Source: Thermoproteota archaeon
GTDB lineage: Archaea; Thermoproteota; Thermoprotei; Thermofilales; B9-G17
NCBI GenBank assembly: GCA_029258885.1
Contig: JAPDJW010000003.1
Coordinates: forward strand, 117,044-181,043
Length of the DNA stretch: 64,000 nt
Direction: 5' to 3'
The translations under genes and the position numbers were made by a program. The notes beneath the pieces were generated by a model. That model saw only the letters and a program-made list of their open reading frames with translations, did no database searches and was not told where the DNA came from. Positions 1 to 9,914 of this stretch are shown here, one piece after another (the first letter of the stretch is position 1; the number at the start of each line of letters is the position of its first letter).

Positions 1-333
1 AGAAGGAATGGGGTTAAGCTAGCATTCCTATTCGGCGGGAGAGCATTGGGATATAAAATTAGGGGAGGTTATGATTTCGCAATATACTATGAAAGGAAAT
101 ATAGCTTTAGGGATGTAGGTAGAATAGCCGTAGAAATATCCGATAAAATGAATGTTCCACTTGAGAAAATCGATATACTTGTCCTTGATAACGCGGATCC
201 CGAGACGGCATTAAAGGCAGCCATGGGTATTCCAATATATTGGGATGACGAATACGAGCTATTCGAATACAGGTATAGATGCCTGAGAGAGGCGCTGGAT
301 CTAAGAGTAAGCAGGAGCTTAATTAACACCTAG
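1..333 (+). CDS. Minimal nucleotidyltransferase (MNT/MntA-type antitoxin), 5'-partial
   Basis: Frame is open from base 1 (RRNGVKLAFLFGGRALG...YDFAIY...IDILVL). It matches the LFGS-x-DxD-x-D pattern of MNT antitoxins, but the GS is GG and the first Asp of DxD is Tyr (YDF). Confidence 0.7.
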   Translation, partial: RRNGVKLAFLFGGRALGYKIRGGYDFAIYYERKYSFRDVGRIAVEISDKMNVPLEKIDILVLDNADPETALKAAMGIPIYWDDEYELFEYRYRCLREALDLRVSRSLINT

Positions 334-369
334 TTTCCTTCTATACTTACTTCAACGGTTTTCGCTAAC

Positions 370-840
370 CTACCGTATCGTTGACGATACTATTTCCATA
401 ACGAATTTCCTAGCTTTCTCCAAGTCTTCCTCGCTAGGTCTACCCTTACATATTCCACCCACTAGCTTGAGAGGCCCAGGATTCGAGAAGCCTCTACACC
501 CGAACACTCCAACTATTTTAGCATTCTTTTTCCTAAGCTTTCTCTTAAGAGCTTCATCACACCCGTTTAGAATGGGGATTTTTGGTGCTCCACTGGTATA
601 GAATATGAAGACGGGCTTACCCTTCAGCTCAATTTTATCTAGGAGACTGAATATGGACCTATGGTGTCTCCCATAGTAGATTCCGGAGCCAAAGCCGATT
701 ATATCGTATCTTCTAATCAGATCCTGATCGACGTCAAACGGTTTAAGTATCTCTGCGTCAACAGCCTCGGTCGTGCCTTCGGCAACTTTAAGGGTATTAC
801 CGTGGTGAATGGATATACAGACTAGAAGCACCTTAGCCAT
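370..840 (-). CDS. Flavodoxin family protein
   Basis: Motifs SIHHGNT, IGFGSGIYYG, FIFYTSG and FGCRG. The likely start is the ATG at 840 (MAKVLLVC), not 873. Confidence 0.8.
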   Translation of the reverse strand: MAKVLLVCISIHHGNTLKVAEGTTEAVDAEILKPFDVDQDLIRRYDIIGFGSGIYYGRHHRSIFSLLDKIELKGKPVFIFYTSGAPKIPILNGCDEALKRKLRKKNAKIVGVFGCRGFSNPGPLKLVGGICKGRPSEEDLEKARKFVMEIVSSTIR

Positions 841-875
841 GATTAAGAGTTCACATACTACGGATAAAAGCATTG

Positions 876-1103
876 CTACTTTTCAACTACAATAGACCTC
901 TGCTTTATGTTTATAAATGCCCCCTTCTCGAGGCCGACAATAGCACCACACTTAGGACACTTAACGTCATCGCCCGTCCTCACGGTGTAATCCTCTATTA
1001 TCCTCTTCCTCCAGCAGTGCCACAGCCTCCCTTCCCCGACCTTAAGATAAACGAAAAGAAGTGTTCCACACCTAGCACACCTAATCTTCAATATTTTCGG
1101 CAT
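876..1103 (-). CDS. Small Zn-ribbon protein
   Basis: CARC ... CPKC pairs in 75 aa; co-oriented with the flavodoxin gene. Confidence 0.6.
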   Translation of the reverse strand: MPKILKIRCARCGTLLFVYLKVGEGRLWHCWRKRIIEDYTVRTGDDVKCPKCGAIVGLEKGAFINIKQRSIVVEK

Positions 1104-1318
1104 CTCTTATTCTCCCTACTGAATTTTAGATTCATGCTATTTAAACCTAACAGGCAATTCGCACCTAACTACTCCATTCGATTTCTCCAAAGGAACATAC
1201 AATAGAGATTTAAGCTAGTCCTCTGAAGATAAGGAGAGGTTACTAAGCTGAGTGGGTCAGCCACTTATATTAATGGCTTAATATTAATTATTTCCTAGCG
1301 GGGGAGTAGTGGGAAAAT

Positions 1319-2152
1319 ATGGAAGAAAAAGTCGCCTACCTTATGAAGGTAAGGAAGTATTATGCTGAAGAGGGGATGAGGGAGTGGAGACGATTAGTAA
1401 AAGATCCCTATCATAGGCTAGAGTACGATACTACAATGCATTTTCTGGAAAGGTATCTTCCAAGTAAGGGACTTATTCTAGATGCTGGCGGTGGGCCAGG
1501 CAGATATACGATAGAACTAGCGAGGAGGGGCTATAGGATAGTGCTTCTTGACTTAACTCCTGAGCTACTTAAAATAGCTAAGAGACGTATTAGACGAGCA
1601 GGAATACAGGCGATGGTAGAGGGGATAGTAGAGGGCACCATAACCAATCTTTCAATCTTTAATGATGAATGTTTTGATGCCGTATTATGTCTTGGCGGAG
1701 TGCTATCTCACCTAGTGAGAAAGAGTGATAGGGTGAAGGCTATAGCTGAGCTATCCAGGGTCGTAAAGAGAGGCGCTCCCCTATTTATATCGGTAATAGG
1801 CAGGCTAGCGGTCCTGATGCGCGGACTAGCAGATTTCCCCGACTTAATATGTGAGGATGTGTTTATCAAAATAAGGGACAGCGGCGACTACTACGGAAAG
1901 AGAGGTTTTGCTCCCTGCCACTTCTATCTGCCGGAGGAACTCATAAAGGAGCTTAAGGATCAAGGGTTAGAATTACTTAAAATAGTTGGTCTCGAAGGCA
2001 TAGCCTCTACGCGTCGAAGGGAGATAAACAGGCTTTATAGAAAAATACCTAAAGCCTATAAAATCTGGTGGAAAACCCACCTTAAAACATGTACTCATCC
2101 AGGGGCTATTGCAATAAGCGAACATATACTCGCTGTTTGTACTAAACCCTAA
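1319..2152 (+). CDS. Class I SAM-dependent methyltransferase
   Basis: ILDAGGGPGRY motif I, LLDL, FDAVLCLG. Confidence 0.85.
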   Translation: MEEKVAYLMKVRKYYAEEGMREWRRLVKDPYHRLEYDTTMHFLERYLPSKGLILDAGGGPGRYTIELARRGYRIVLLDLTPELLKIAKRRIRRAGIQAMVEGIVEGTITNLSIFNDECFDAVLCLGGVLSHLVRKSDRVKAIAELSRVVKRGAPLFISVIGRLAVLMRGLADFPDLICEDVFIKIRDSGDYYGKRGFAPCHFYLPEELIKELKDQGLELLKIVGLEGIASTRRREINRLYRKIPKAYKIWWKTHLKTCTHPGAIAISEHILAVCTKP

Positions 2153-2388
2153 AGATATGTTAAATCCTAAAGCTATAGCTGATTCTATTCGATAAAGTGA
2201 AGATATTAAGGATACATCTGTCCTAGCATTAGAATAAGTGCATGAACTTGTAGGGAGTCTATATTAAAGCTACACATAAGTAATGTCTAGATATACAGAG
2301 GAAAATCAATGATGTGAATAATTCCAATGTCTAACAAAAATGTTAGATTATGGAAACATTTTTTAGTTCCATAGAAGATTAATTCTCT

Positions 2389-3216
2389 ATGGAGAGGCTT
2401 ATTAAGGAGGCATTAAGCTTAGGCATTGATCCTGAAACTTACCTCAGGGAGGTAATTCAAAAGCTAATCCTGTACAGTTACGTAATTAATAATTTAGGTA
2501 GCTACTACGTCTTCCAGGGAGGAACAGCCTTAAGGCTATTCTACAATTCTCCTCGATTCTCATTAGATATGGATTTTAGCCTCATTAATCGTAGCCTAAC
2601 AAAAGCCATGGAGGATTCTACGAAAGTTCTAAATACTCTCTCCCACATCCTCGCCCCATACAAGGTAGAAGTTTCTAAATCTAGGGAAAAAGCCTTATTC
2701 GAGGAAAATTTCTATAGATTTTTCTACACGTTTAACACGCTTGGAATTATTAGGAGAAAAATAAGAATTAAGCTCGAAATCGCTGAAAGGAACTACATGA
2801 ACGTTTCATTTAGTAGAAAAATTCTAACATTAGAGTTCCCTATTCATACCTCCATAGGATTAATTGTTAAAAGTCCAGCACAGCTCTTATGCGATAAAGT
2901 TACTTCCCTCGCTGGCGGCTTCCATAGGGGATACATTAGATGGAGGGATATCTTCGACATATATTGGCTTAAAACCAAGATCAATGCTAGGATAGATTCC
3001 AACTATTTAAAGCAGGAATTCGGATCATATATTGAAACGAAGGAAGACTTAGAAAAACTAGTATCTAAGCTTAAGGCTCTTTCCGGCAAGGAATTAGGCG
3101 AGGCAAGTAGAGATCTAGGTAGAGTACTGCCCTCTTCTCTTCTCGACGAAAAACTACTAGCGGAGTATATAGGCGATGCCATTAAAGTTCTAGAGGAGGC
3201 GATTAGGGAGCTATGA
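2389..3216 (+). CDS. abiEii: AbiEii-family nucleotidyltransferase toxin (type IV TA)
   Basis: FQGGTALRLFY..PRFSLDMDFS, KIKLE, DK and RDIFD motifs. Confidence 0.85.
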   Translation: MERLIKEALSLGIDPETYLREVIQKLILYSYVINNLGSYYVFQGGTALRLFYNSPRFSLDMDFSLINRSLTKAMEDSTKVLNTLSHILAPYKVEVSKSREKALFEENFYRFFYTFNTLGIIRRKIRIKLEIAERNYMNVSFSRKILTLEFPIHTSIGLIVKSPAQLLCDKVTSLAGGFHRGYIRWRDIFDIYWLKTKINARIDSNYLKQEFGSYIETKEDLEKLVSKLKALSGKELGEASRDLGRVLPSSLLDEKLLAEYIGDAIKVLEEAIREL

Positions 3217-3767
3217 GCATCCTAAGTTGGATAAAAATCTTCAACGATCTAAGAAGGAAGGGTATAAAAATTGTTCACGTAAGCTTCTTAAAAGCGGTAA
3301 GCGGCTTATCACCGAAAAGTCTATCAGTTGCCCTATGGAGGCTAGAGAGGAGGGGGCTAGTAGAGCGGGTTGGAAGGGGATGGTACTGCATAGATTGCTG
3401 TGAAACATGGGAAATAATTAGAGTAGTTTTCCCATCAGCCTACCTTACCCTAGAATGGGCTCTACACTACCACGATATACTCGACCAGAGAGTTACCATT
3501 ATAACTCTAGCATGGCTTGGAAAAACTAAAACCGTTAAAGTAGGCGAAAGAACCTACGAGCTACATAGGATTAGCAGGAAACTATACTTTGGATTTAACG
3601 ATAAAATGATAGCAGAACCCGAGAAAGCTTTACTCGACACACTCTACTACAGGGGGAAACTCCCGCCAGAGCTAAACCTAGATCTACTGGACAAAAATAG
3701 GCTAGCCAAATACTCCGAAAAATACCCTCCGAGAGTCAGAAGAAAACTTAAAACCCTAATACCGTAA
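3213..3767 (+). CDS. abiEi: AbiEi-family antitoxin / transcriptional regulator
   Basis: N-terminal wHTH (LWRLERRGLVERVGRGWY), SAYLTLEWALHYH and IAEPEKALLD; ATGA overlap with the toxin gene. Confidence 0.8.
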   Translation: MSILSWIKIFNDLRRKGIKIVHVSFLKAVSGLSPKSLSVALWRLERRGLVERVGRGWYCIDCCETWEIIRVVFPSAYLTLEWALHYHDILDQRVTIITLAWLGKTKTVKVGERTYELHRISRKLYFGFNDKMIAEPEKALLDTLYYRGKLPPELNLDLLDKNRLAKYSEKYPPRVRRKLKTLIP

Positions 3768-3789
3768 CTCTTCTACTCTCACCGTAAGA

Positions 3790-4107
3790 TTAGCTGCTGC
3801 TTTCATCCGATGATGCTCTCAAATCCTCCTCTAACTCCCTATAACCGTACTGAAGCTCAACCCCTCTCTTCCTCAGCTCTTCAATAATCTCCCAGAGGCT
3901 TAAACCCGCTAACTCGGCTGTCTTCCAGAGCGTAGCCCTACCTTCCCTATAGAGCTTTAATGCCGCTTCAATTCTCATCTCTCTAATCCCCTTAATCAGA
4001 ATCTCCCTTACAATCTCGGCTTTATTTCTATTCTCAAGCTTAGCCAGTTCCTCAAGCTCCTTCTTAACCTCCCTTGGAATTCTAACTGAGAGAACCTCCA
4101 ACCCCAT
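3790..4107 (-). CDS. RHH + UPF0175 family antitoxin-like protein
   Basis: N-terminal SVRIP ribbon-helix-helix, then ALKLYREGRATLWKTAELAGLSLWE. Confidence 0.8.
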   Translation of the reverse strand: MGLEVLSVRIPREVKKELEELAKLENRNKAEIVREILIKGIREMRIEAALKLYREGRATLWKTAELAGLSLWEIIEELRKRGVELQYGYRELEEDLRASSDESSS

Positions 4108-4467
4108 TCACTTGATATATATCCGTATACAAGGATATAAACCTTTTACATAATCAGTTATTCTTACATCCAAATCTGCCAGAAAACAAGGGAAAACATA
4201 GTTACCATAAATTTATACCTAATTTATTAATAGAGTAAGTATCAGTCTTCGACATATTTTGCATCCTTGTAAGGTCATGTTGATTTTGTTTTCTTATATT
4301 AAAGCTATCCCTCAATACGCACATATCCTTGCTGAAGGGTAAACGTTTCCCATTATCCAACAAAATGTTACTATCCTCCATGTGAAATGAAATCAAGAAG
4401 GGGATATAGGAACTTTAAATACTTATGTAAGGTGTAGTATTAAAAATTGTAATCCTAATTTTAAGAT

Positions 4468-5298
4468 ATGAAGGGGGTAAATATGGATGTAGAGAGTCTC
4501 TCACGGGTTATGGATCGCCTCACGAGCAATAGGAGGTTCTACGTACTTCTCTACGTGCTAGGCTTCCTAATCCTACAGCCCTACGCCTCGAAGGGCTATT
4601 CCTGGCAGGAGATGTGGAGCGTAATCAAGGAGGTGGTGGTATACAATGCAATCATATACAGGCTAGTAGACCTAGCTTGGCCCTCCGCCCTACTGCATGT
4701 GTTCGCACTAGCCCTAATAACTGCTGTCGTAATCTGGGGGGATAAGGCGGCCAAAATCTTCAACATCTACACGTTCGTAGTCTACCTCATGATAGCTGTG
4801 GGTCAGGGAGTCGGCATCTCAGAGCGCTACGGCCTAATAATACTCACGGGCAACGTAATTCTGACACTTCTAGTCGCCTTCTCATGGGGCTGGGAGTGCC
4901 TAGTCGGCAGAAACAAGTTCAGGAGAAAGTTCTTCACCCCTAAGCATCTATGGCTAGTTCCTCTAGCAGCATGGGCGTATTGGTCGCCGCCGGAACCCTT
5001 CAAGCTGGATCCATCATACCTCTTAATTGGATACTTTGGAGTCTCCTACTGCTTCACCACACCAGTGATACTGACCCTAATGATCCTCTACTACCCGGAC
5101 GTGAACAAGCCCGTAATGAGGCTAACAGCTTTCCTAGGCCTAATCTTCAGCCTATACAACGTGGTGCCACCACTCATATACCTCGCACTCGGCACATACG
5201 TCATGGAAGCCATCTGGAGAGGTACAATCCTCCACCTTCCACTTCTCACCACAAGTGCCTACGCTCTTGTTATCACAATCAAATCATTTAAGGATTAG
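4468..5298 (+). CDS. Multi-pass membrane protein of unknown function
   Basis: About 8 hydrophobic segments in 276 aa; the start may be the ATG at 4483. Confidence 0.7.
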   Translation: MKGVNMDVESLSRVMDRLTSNRRFYVLLYVLGFLILQPYASKGYSWQEMWSVIKEVVVYNAIIYRLVDLAWPSALLHVFALALITAVVIWGDKAAKIFNIYTFVVYLMIAVGQGVGISERYGLIILTGNVILTLLVAFSWGWECLVGRNKFRRKFFTPKHLWLVPLAAWAYWSPPEPFKLDPSYLLIGYFGVSYCFTTPVILTLMILYYPDVNKPVMRLTAFLGLIFSLYNVVPPLIYLALGTYVMEAIWRGTILHLPLLTTSAYALVITIKSFKD

Positions 5299-5603
5299 AA
5301 AACATAATTGGATTTTAAGCTTTAAGTGGAGTTCTCTGCCTAAAATATTCGATTCAGCCGTATCATCGCTTTGGACCTCAATATTTTTCACTTCATAACC
5401 CGAGATGGACGTAAATAAGCCGAACAAATTAGCTAGCATACATGCTTAGTAGGGATAGTTGCTATAATTTCAATTGTAGCGGCTAGGAGAAGATTAAAAG
5501 GATCATATTGCGAATACAAGAAAATTTCGTATAGCTAAAATCTGAAATAGCGTCAAAATTTTAAATCCATAAAATGATTAAAAACTAGCTTAAAAGAGGA
5601 GAG

Positions 5604-8564
5604 GTGAGTAGCGTGAATAGGAAGATCTTACTTACTGTAACAATTTTGGCAATTATAGGGGTTAGTGTTCTCAGCTGGAAATCCGTTCTCATCAATCTGC
5701 TTCCCTCCTTCACCGCAAAGAATAGGCTAAGCAGTGGAAACACTTTACGAGCTGCTCCGCCGAAGCTATCCGAGATTAAAGTTGCTATTCTCTACGAGCC
5801 TATAACCTGCTACAAGCCCTTTAATAGGACGTTAGAAGACATAATAAAAGTCTTAAACGAAACTGGAGCAGATTTTGTATTTAGGTGCTTCTGGAGGTGG
5901 AGCCCTTGTCCGGAAACACCAGAACAACTACCCCCTGGCAAGCTCAGGGAAAGGTGCGAGTACGCAGGCTATTATTATCAGCATTTAAAGCAGGTCATAT
6001 CGGTAATAAAAGCTTCCGCACCTAATATCATTCTCTGCGGCGCCATACCAGCCCAGAAGATAGATAGTCGTATCGTCTGGAACCCTATTACGGGCGAGGT
6101 CATAAGTTATCCCGAAACCTGGGAGATGGCTCTAGATCCGGGTAAGTGGGGGATTCCTGTCGAAAAGGAGAAGTTCCAGTGCTGGTTCGCTAAGACGCAT
6201 CTCTGGGTTCCTAAAGACCTTAACTGGTGCGACTACGATCCAGCCGAAGCCCCAGCATATTTCCCCGACATAACCAATCCTAAATTTCAGGAGCTACTGT
6301 TAAGCTGGGCTTATAAACAGATAGACTGTGGCGTAGACGCGATATGGATAGATATGCTTTTCTCCCAGGCAAGGTTCCTAGCTAAGATAGCTGGAGATGT
6401 ACATCACAAGGCTGTTAGAGAATCTCTTGAAGCCGCCTGCTGGATAGTCGACATGATACATAATTATGGTCTTTCAAAGGGTCGATACATATACGTGGGC
6501 AGCTGGCCCGGAGCTATTAATTTCCCGTATACACCTCCCAAGTTGGATTTCGTCACGATATCCCCTTCCTCGAGAGAAATATTTTACATGGAACTTAACG
6601 AAACGAAGTATGACGAAATGCTTACGTCAATAAGAAATACGTGGAGAGATATACCCGTATTTGCGTTTTTAGACTGGGCGGCTACTACAAAAACTCCTCT
6701 CGGAGTATTCAGCCAGAATTTAACTAGAGAGCAGCAAAGGGCTTTTCTCAAAATAGCGGATAAGTTCTTCCAGACTAAAGGCATAAACTTCATCTATCCG
6801 GTACACGGAGGTTCTCTGGGCGTTGATGCTACGATTAAGGCTTTCGGAAAATTCGGAGTATACGACAGCCAAGCCCCCGAATTTGACACCTACGAGATTA
6901 TCGTAGAGCTGGCTCGAAGCAAGGCATCGTTAAAAAGTGGGGAGGTAGATGTAATAGATCTTAGAGGGGAAGATCTAAAGACTAGATTGCTCGTACTCAG
7001 CTTGCAGGGAATAGTGAATAGGGAGAAGCCACAACTCTACGTATTGTGGGAGAGTAAGCGTGTAGAACCTACAGCATCTGAAAGATGGCTAGAATACTAT
7101 AGAGGGAAAGGGTGGATTAAAGGATATAAAATCATCAGTATTGAAGAGGCTCTTGAAAAATATAGGGAGTATTTGAAAGGTGTGGTAGTTTACGACCCAG
7201 AGCTTCCTGCAACTATTAACCTGGCTATATCCCTAGCCGGAGTATATGATTTAGTAGTGGCTCATCCAGATTTTATGCCAATGCTTGCTAAACATGGTCT
7301 GGAAGTTAAGTATGATTTAAGAGGCAGGTTTAAAGATAGAATAGAAGCTCACAAATGGCAGTTAGAGAATGTTTTTCCATACTGTAATAGGAGCTTGATA
7401 AATCTCTTCCCAACAATAGAGGGGGTAATGATATATAGGGTTTCTATAATCGACTACGTAATAGCGAACAGAGCTTGTTCGATAGGGTTAAATGTAAAGG
7501 AAGATGAAGCACTGATCGGCGAGTACTACGAGAAGATGAATAAATTCGCTATAGCGCTAGGATATCCTGAGGATGGAGCACTAGAAAGGCCGTGGGTCGA
7601 GCTGACGTCGAAGTACGGTCTTCTCAATGTGCTGGCTACAGTCTTCTCTCCCAATTTTTCATTCCATTCGAAAATGCCGGCGAAGAGAAAATATGAGCAA
7701 GACCATAGGTTCGAGGTAACGCTAGACCCAGATAAAATCTACGTAGCATTCGCGGTCTCAGATTTAGGATTAAACAACATGCAGGATTTCTACTATGAGA
7801 TGTGGCTTAGCGAAGCTAGAGGAGACGTGCCTATAAGCTGGTGGCTTGACCCAATAGTCGTCGAGTTCTGCCCGGGAATAGTACAGTACTACTATGAAAC
7901 TAAAACCCCAAACGACTACTTCTACTCAGCCCACGTCGGCGGGAGAATAAGAGCTTCCGACTTCCCTTACCTGGATGATTACTTGAGGAGAGGGCAGAAA
8001 TATCTAAACATGTGTTCGCTTAAAATAGTAGCTTTCAGCAACCACCATAAGAAAGACGATAGAGTGTTTAAGCTTTACTCGGAGACTCTAGATGTAGAAG
8101 GCTTCGTTTTCGGATTTGGACCAGAGTTCAAGGAAGATTACTGGCTGGTCGACGACAAAGTGTGGATAGTGCCTAGATATATGGGAAGCCCTGAAGCCGC
8201 ATTTAATGCAGTAAAAAACTACATAGATTCTAAACAGGAGAGACCTCTCTTCATAGTGATTGGAATAGGATTATGGTACTACCCTGAAGTCGAAGATATA
8301 TTAGAGATCAGGGATATGTTGAAGGAAGAATATGGTGATCAAATACTGTTCTGTAGACTCGACGAGCTTATCGCTGCTGCCAAACAATACAGCCTAACAT
8401 ATAAGCCGGTTGAGAGCAAACTTAAACTACTGATAATTATTCTAGCACTAGTGATCATAGTTTTAGTAGCATCTCTAATACTTCTTCATCTCAAATATAG
8501 GAAACCTACCCTCAACTCTCGGACCCAAGCTAATCCAAGATCCCACGTTAAATGCACCACCTAG
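5604..8564 (+). CDS. Secreted, C-terminally anchored protein: putative glycoside-hydrolase-like N-terminal domain + GxGYxYP-family domain
   Basis: N-terminal signal/TM. From about aa 445: LLVLSLQGIVNREKPQLY, GVVVYDP, ALGYPE, VAFAVSDLG, PISWWLDP, TPNDYF. C-terminal TM followed by basic residues. Confidence 0.7.
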   Translation: MSSVNRKILLTVTILAIIGVSVLSWKSVLINLLPSFTAKNRLSSGNTLRAAPPKLSEIKVAILYEPITCYKPFNRTLEDIIKVLNETGADFVFRCFWRWSPCPETPEQLPPGKLRERCEYAGYYYQHLKQVISVIKASAPNIILCGAIPAQKIDSRIVWNPITGEVISYPETWEMALDPGKWGIPVEKEKFQCWFAKTHLWVPKDLNWCDYDPAEAPAYFPDITNPKFQELLLSWAYKQIDCGVDAIWIDMLFSQARFLAKIAGDVHHKAVRESLEAACWIVDMIHNYGLSKGRYIYVGSWPGAINFPYTPPKLDFVTISPSSREIFYMELNETKYDEMLTSIRNTWRDIPVFAFLDWAATTKTPLGVFSQNLTREQQRAFLKIADKFFQTKGINFIYPVHGGSLGVDATIKAFGKFGVYDSQAPEFDTYEIIVELARSKASLKSGEVDVIDLRGEDLKTRLLVLSLQGIVNREKPQLYVLWESKRVEPTASERWLEYYRGKGWIKGYKIISIEEALEKYREYLKGVVVYDPELPATINLAISLAGVYDLVVAHPDFMPMLAKHGLEVKYDLRGRFKDRIEAHKWQLENVFPYCNRSLINLFPTIEGVMIYRVSIIDYVIANRACSIGLNVKEDEALIGEYYEKMNKFAIALGYPEDGALERPWVELTSKYGLLNVLATVFSPNFSFHSKMPAKRKYEQDHRFEVTLDPDKIYVAFAVSDLGLNNMQDFYYEMWLSEARGDVPISWWLDPIVVEFCPGIVQYYYETKTPNDYFYSAHVGGRIRASDFPYLDDYLRRGQKYLNMCSLKIVAFSNHHKKDDRVFKLYSETLDVEGFVFGFGPEFKEDYWLVDDKVWIVPRYMGSPEAAFNAVKNYIDSKQERPLFIVIGIGLWYYPEVEDILEIRDMLKEEYGDQILFCRLDELIAAAKQYSLTYKPVESKLKLLIIILALVIIVLVASLILLHLKYRKPTLNSRTQANPRSHVKCTT

Positions 8565-8860
8565 AAGCATTAACGTATCTTCCAATTCCCGGAATGTATT
8601 TATTCGATGTGATAAGATATTCCACGATAATGGGCTAAATAATGCTCATGATTAAACTCTTCTGTTAATTTTTATTATGTTAGCTGTTTTTCTAAAACAT
8701 TTTGTCTCTATATATGCTAGGCTATTGATTTTCTTAAGTATTTCTAACGCTTTCTTGATGTAATGCTTCTTAAAGGGATAAGAGGACAAAAATTATCGTT
8801 ACGGTAATTATAGCTAAAATAGATAGAAGGTAGTGTTTCCTCTCGCAATCCCCTGTTAGC

Positions 8861-9646
8861 TTACACTTCCTCCACGTAGAATTCACAATAGGGATCACCT
8901 TTTGCAATGCACTTGGATTCTATAACTCTTACGTCTGCCTTTAGCAAGCCTGAAAGTAGTCCGCTTAGATGACCCCTGATGAACTGGCTTACGGGTTTAT
9001 CGGAGCCCTTGAAGATCTTACACTCGATCGAGTCGTAAAGTCTTAAGACAATATTCGTAGCTTGAGGATCGTACTCTACAAGCTCTACTCTCCCCAAGCC
9101 GCCAGCCTGGTAAGTCTTTAAAACTTCAACCAATAGCTCCCTACCCTTCAAGCCAAACTTCTCCGAGAGATATTCTGCTAGAAACCTACCGCCTGAATAG
9201 GCTAAATGATAGAGGAAAACAGCAGCTACTTCACCCAGTTTTCCGTATAGACCTTTAATCATCTCTTGGAAGTCATGCTCAATGAGTATGAGAGAGCGAA
9301 CTCCCGGGAAAACGTATAGTGGGAATGCGAATTCATCCATCATAAATCCTCTCACTGGAGGTTTCTTGACGTATACTTTTTCGCCTGTTGCGAGCTCAAG
9401 CTCCCTCCTAACGAGCTCGACATCAATATCTAAATCTGTGAAATCAGCGAAAATGAAGACAGGAGCCCTATCCCAACTTGGTAAGGAGTAAGCACTAACG
9501 TTTAATATGTTAACACTGTGTCTGGCAAACACCTCGAGTGCTTTCATAAGCCTACCGGGCTTATTAACCACGGTAAAATAAAACTCGACTATATCTCTAT
9601 CCTCGGCGTACACCATCCAAGGAACATACCTCTCAAACACAACCAT
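8861..9646 (-). CDS. ACT-domain + V4R-domain ligand-binding protein
   Basis: NKPGRLMKALEVFARHSVNIL (ACT). V4R features: GGLG, ECK, FIRGHLSG and ESKCIAKGDPYCEF. Likely start is the ATG at 9646 behind a GTGGTG RBS; the track start at 9772 runs through a poly-T tract. Confidence 0.8.
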   Translation of the reverse strand: MVVFERYVPWMVYAEDRDIVEFYFTVVNKPGRLMKALEVFARHSVNILNVSAYSLPSWDRAPVFIFADFTDLDIDVELVRRELELATGEKVYVKKPPVRGFMMDEFAFPLYVFPGVRSLILIEHDFQEMIKGLYGKLGEVAAVFLYHLAYSGGRFLAEYLSEKFGLKGRELLVEVLKTYQAGGLGRVELVEYDPQATNIVLRLYDSIECKIFKGSDKPVSQFIRGHLSGLLSGLLKADVRVIESKCIAKGDPYCEFYVEEV

Positions 9647-9674
9647 AACACCACATGCGGCATTGAGCCGCATG

Positions 9675-9688
9675 AAAAAAAAAAAAAA
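9675..9688. repeat. A14 homopolymer (T14 on minus strand) upstream of the ACT-V4R gene
   Basis: catg-AAAAAAAAAAAAAA-ga read directly from the sequence. Confidence 0.9.
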
Positions 9689-9784
9689 GAATTTAAATGT
9701 AACGTTTAAAGTGTTGAAAATAATTAAAAGTATGAATAAGTTTCTCGGAATTTTATTCAGAAATAGCTTCACGGAGGCCTGCCC

Positions 9785-9831
9785 TCAGTGCTGTGCGTGT
9801 TCGGGAACGCTCGGAGGACCGGAGTCGTCCA
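9785..9831 (-). ncRNA. Possible degenerate second C/D-box sRNA
   Basis: TGGACGA-ctccggtcct-CCGA-gcg-TTCCCGA-acacgcacagca-CTGA. Spacing matches the neighbouring sRNA, but the C and C' boxes are poor. Confidence 0.3.
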
Positions 9832-9914
9832 AGGCTATACGACTAGCTTTTTAATTCTCGAGGATTATGGGCTCACATATCATCGTCCTTCCGTCAATGG
9901 GATATATTTTGTGG

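Noticed and set aside
1224-1251. TGAAGA...CTGA half C/D-box motif
   Set aside because: Only one box pair with an 18-nt spacer and no upstream C/D' pair.
4202-4396. 64-aa minus-strand ORF
   Set aside because: No recognisable motif or RBS; AT-rich intergenic DNA.
8570-8800. Possible PIN-domain remnant on the minus strand
   Set aside because: Multiple stops and only vague similarity.
9815-9824. Guide CUCCGGUCCU matching the sarcin-ricin loop (AGGACCGGAG)
   Set aside because: That is the bacterial 23S sequence; archaeal SRLs I recall read AGGAAC, so the match is likely chance.
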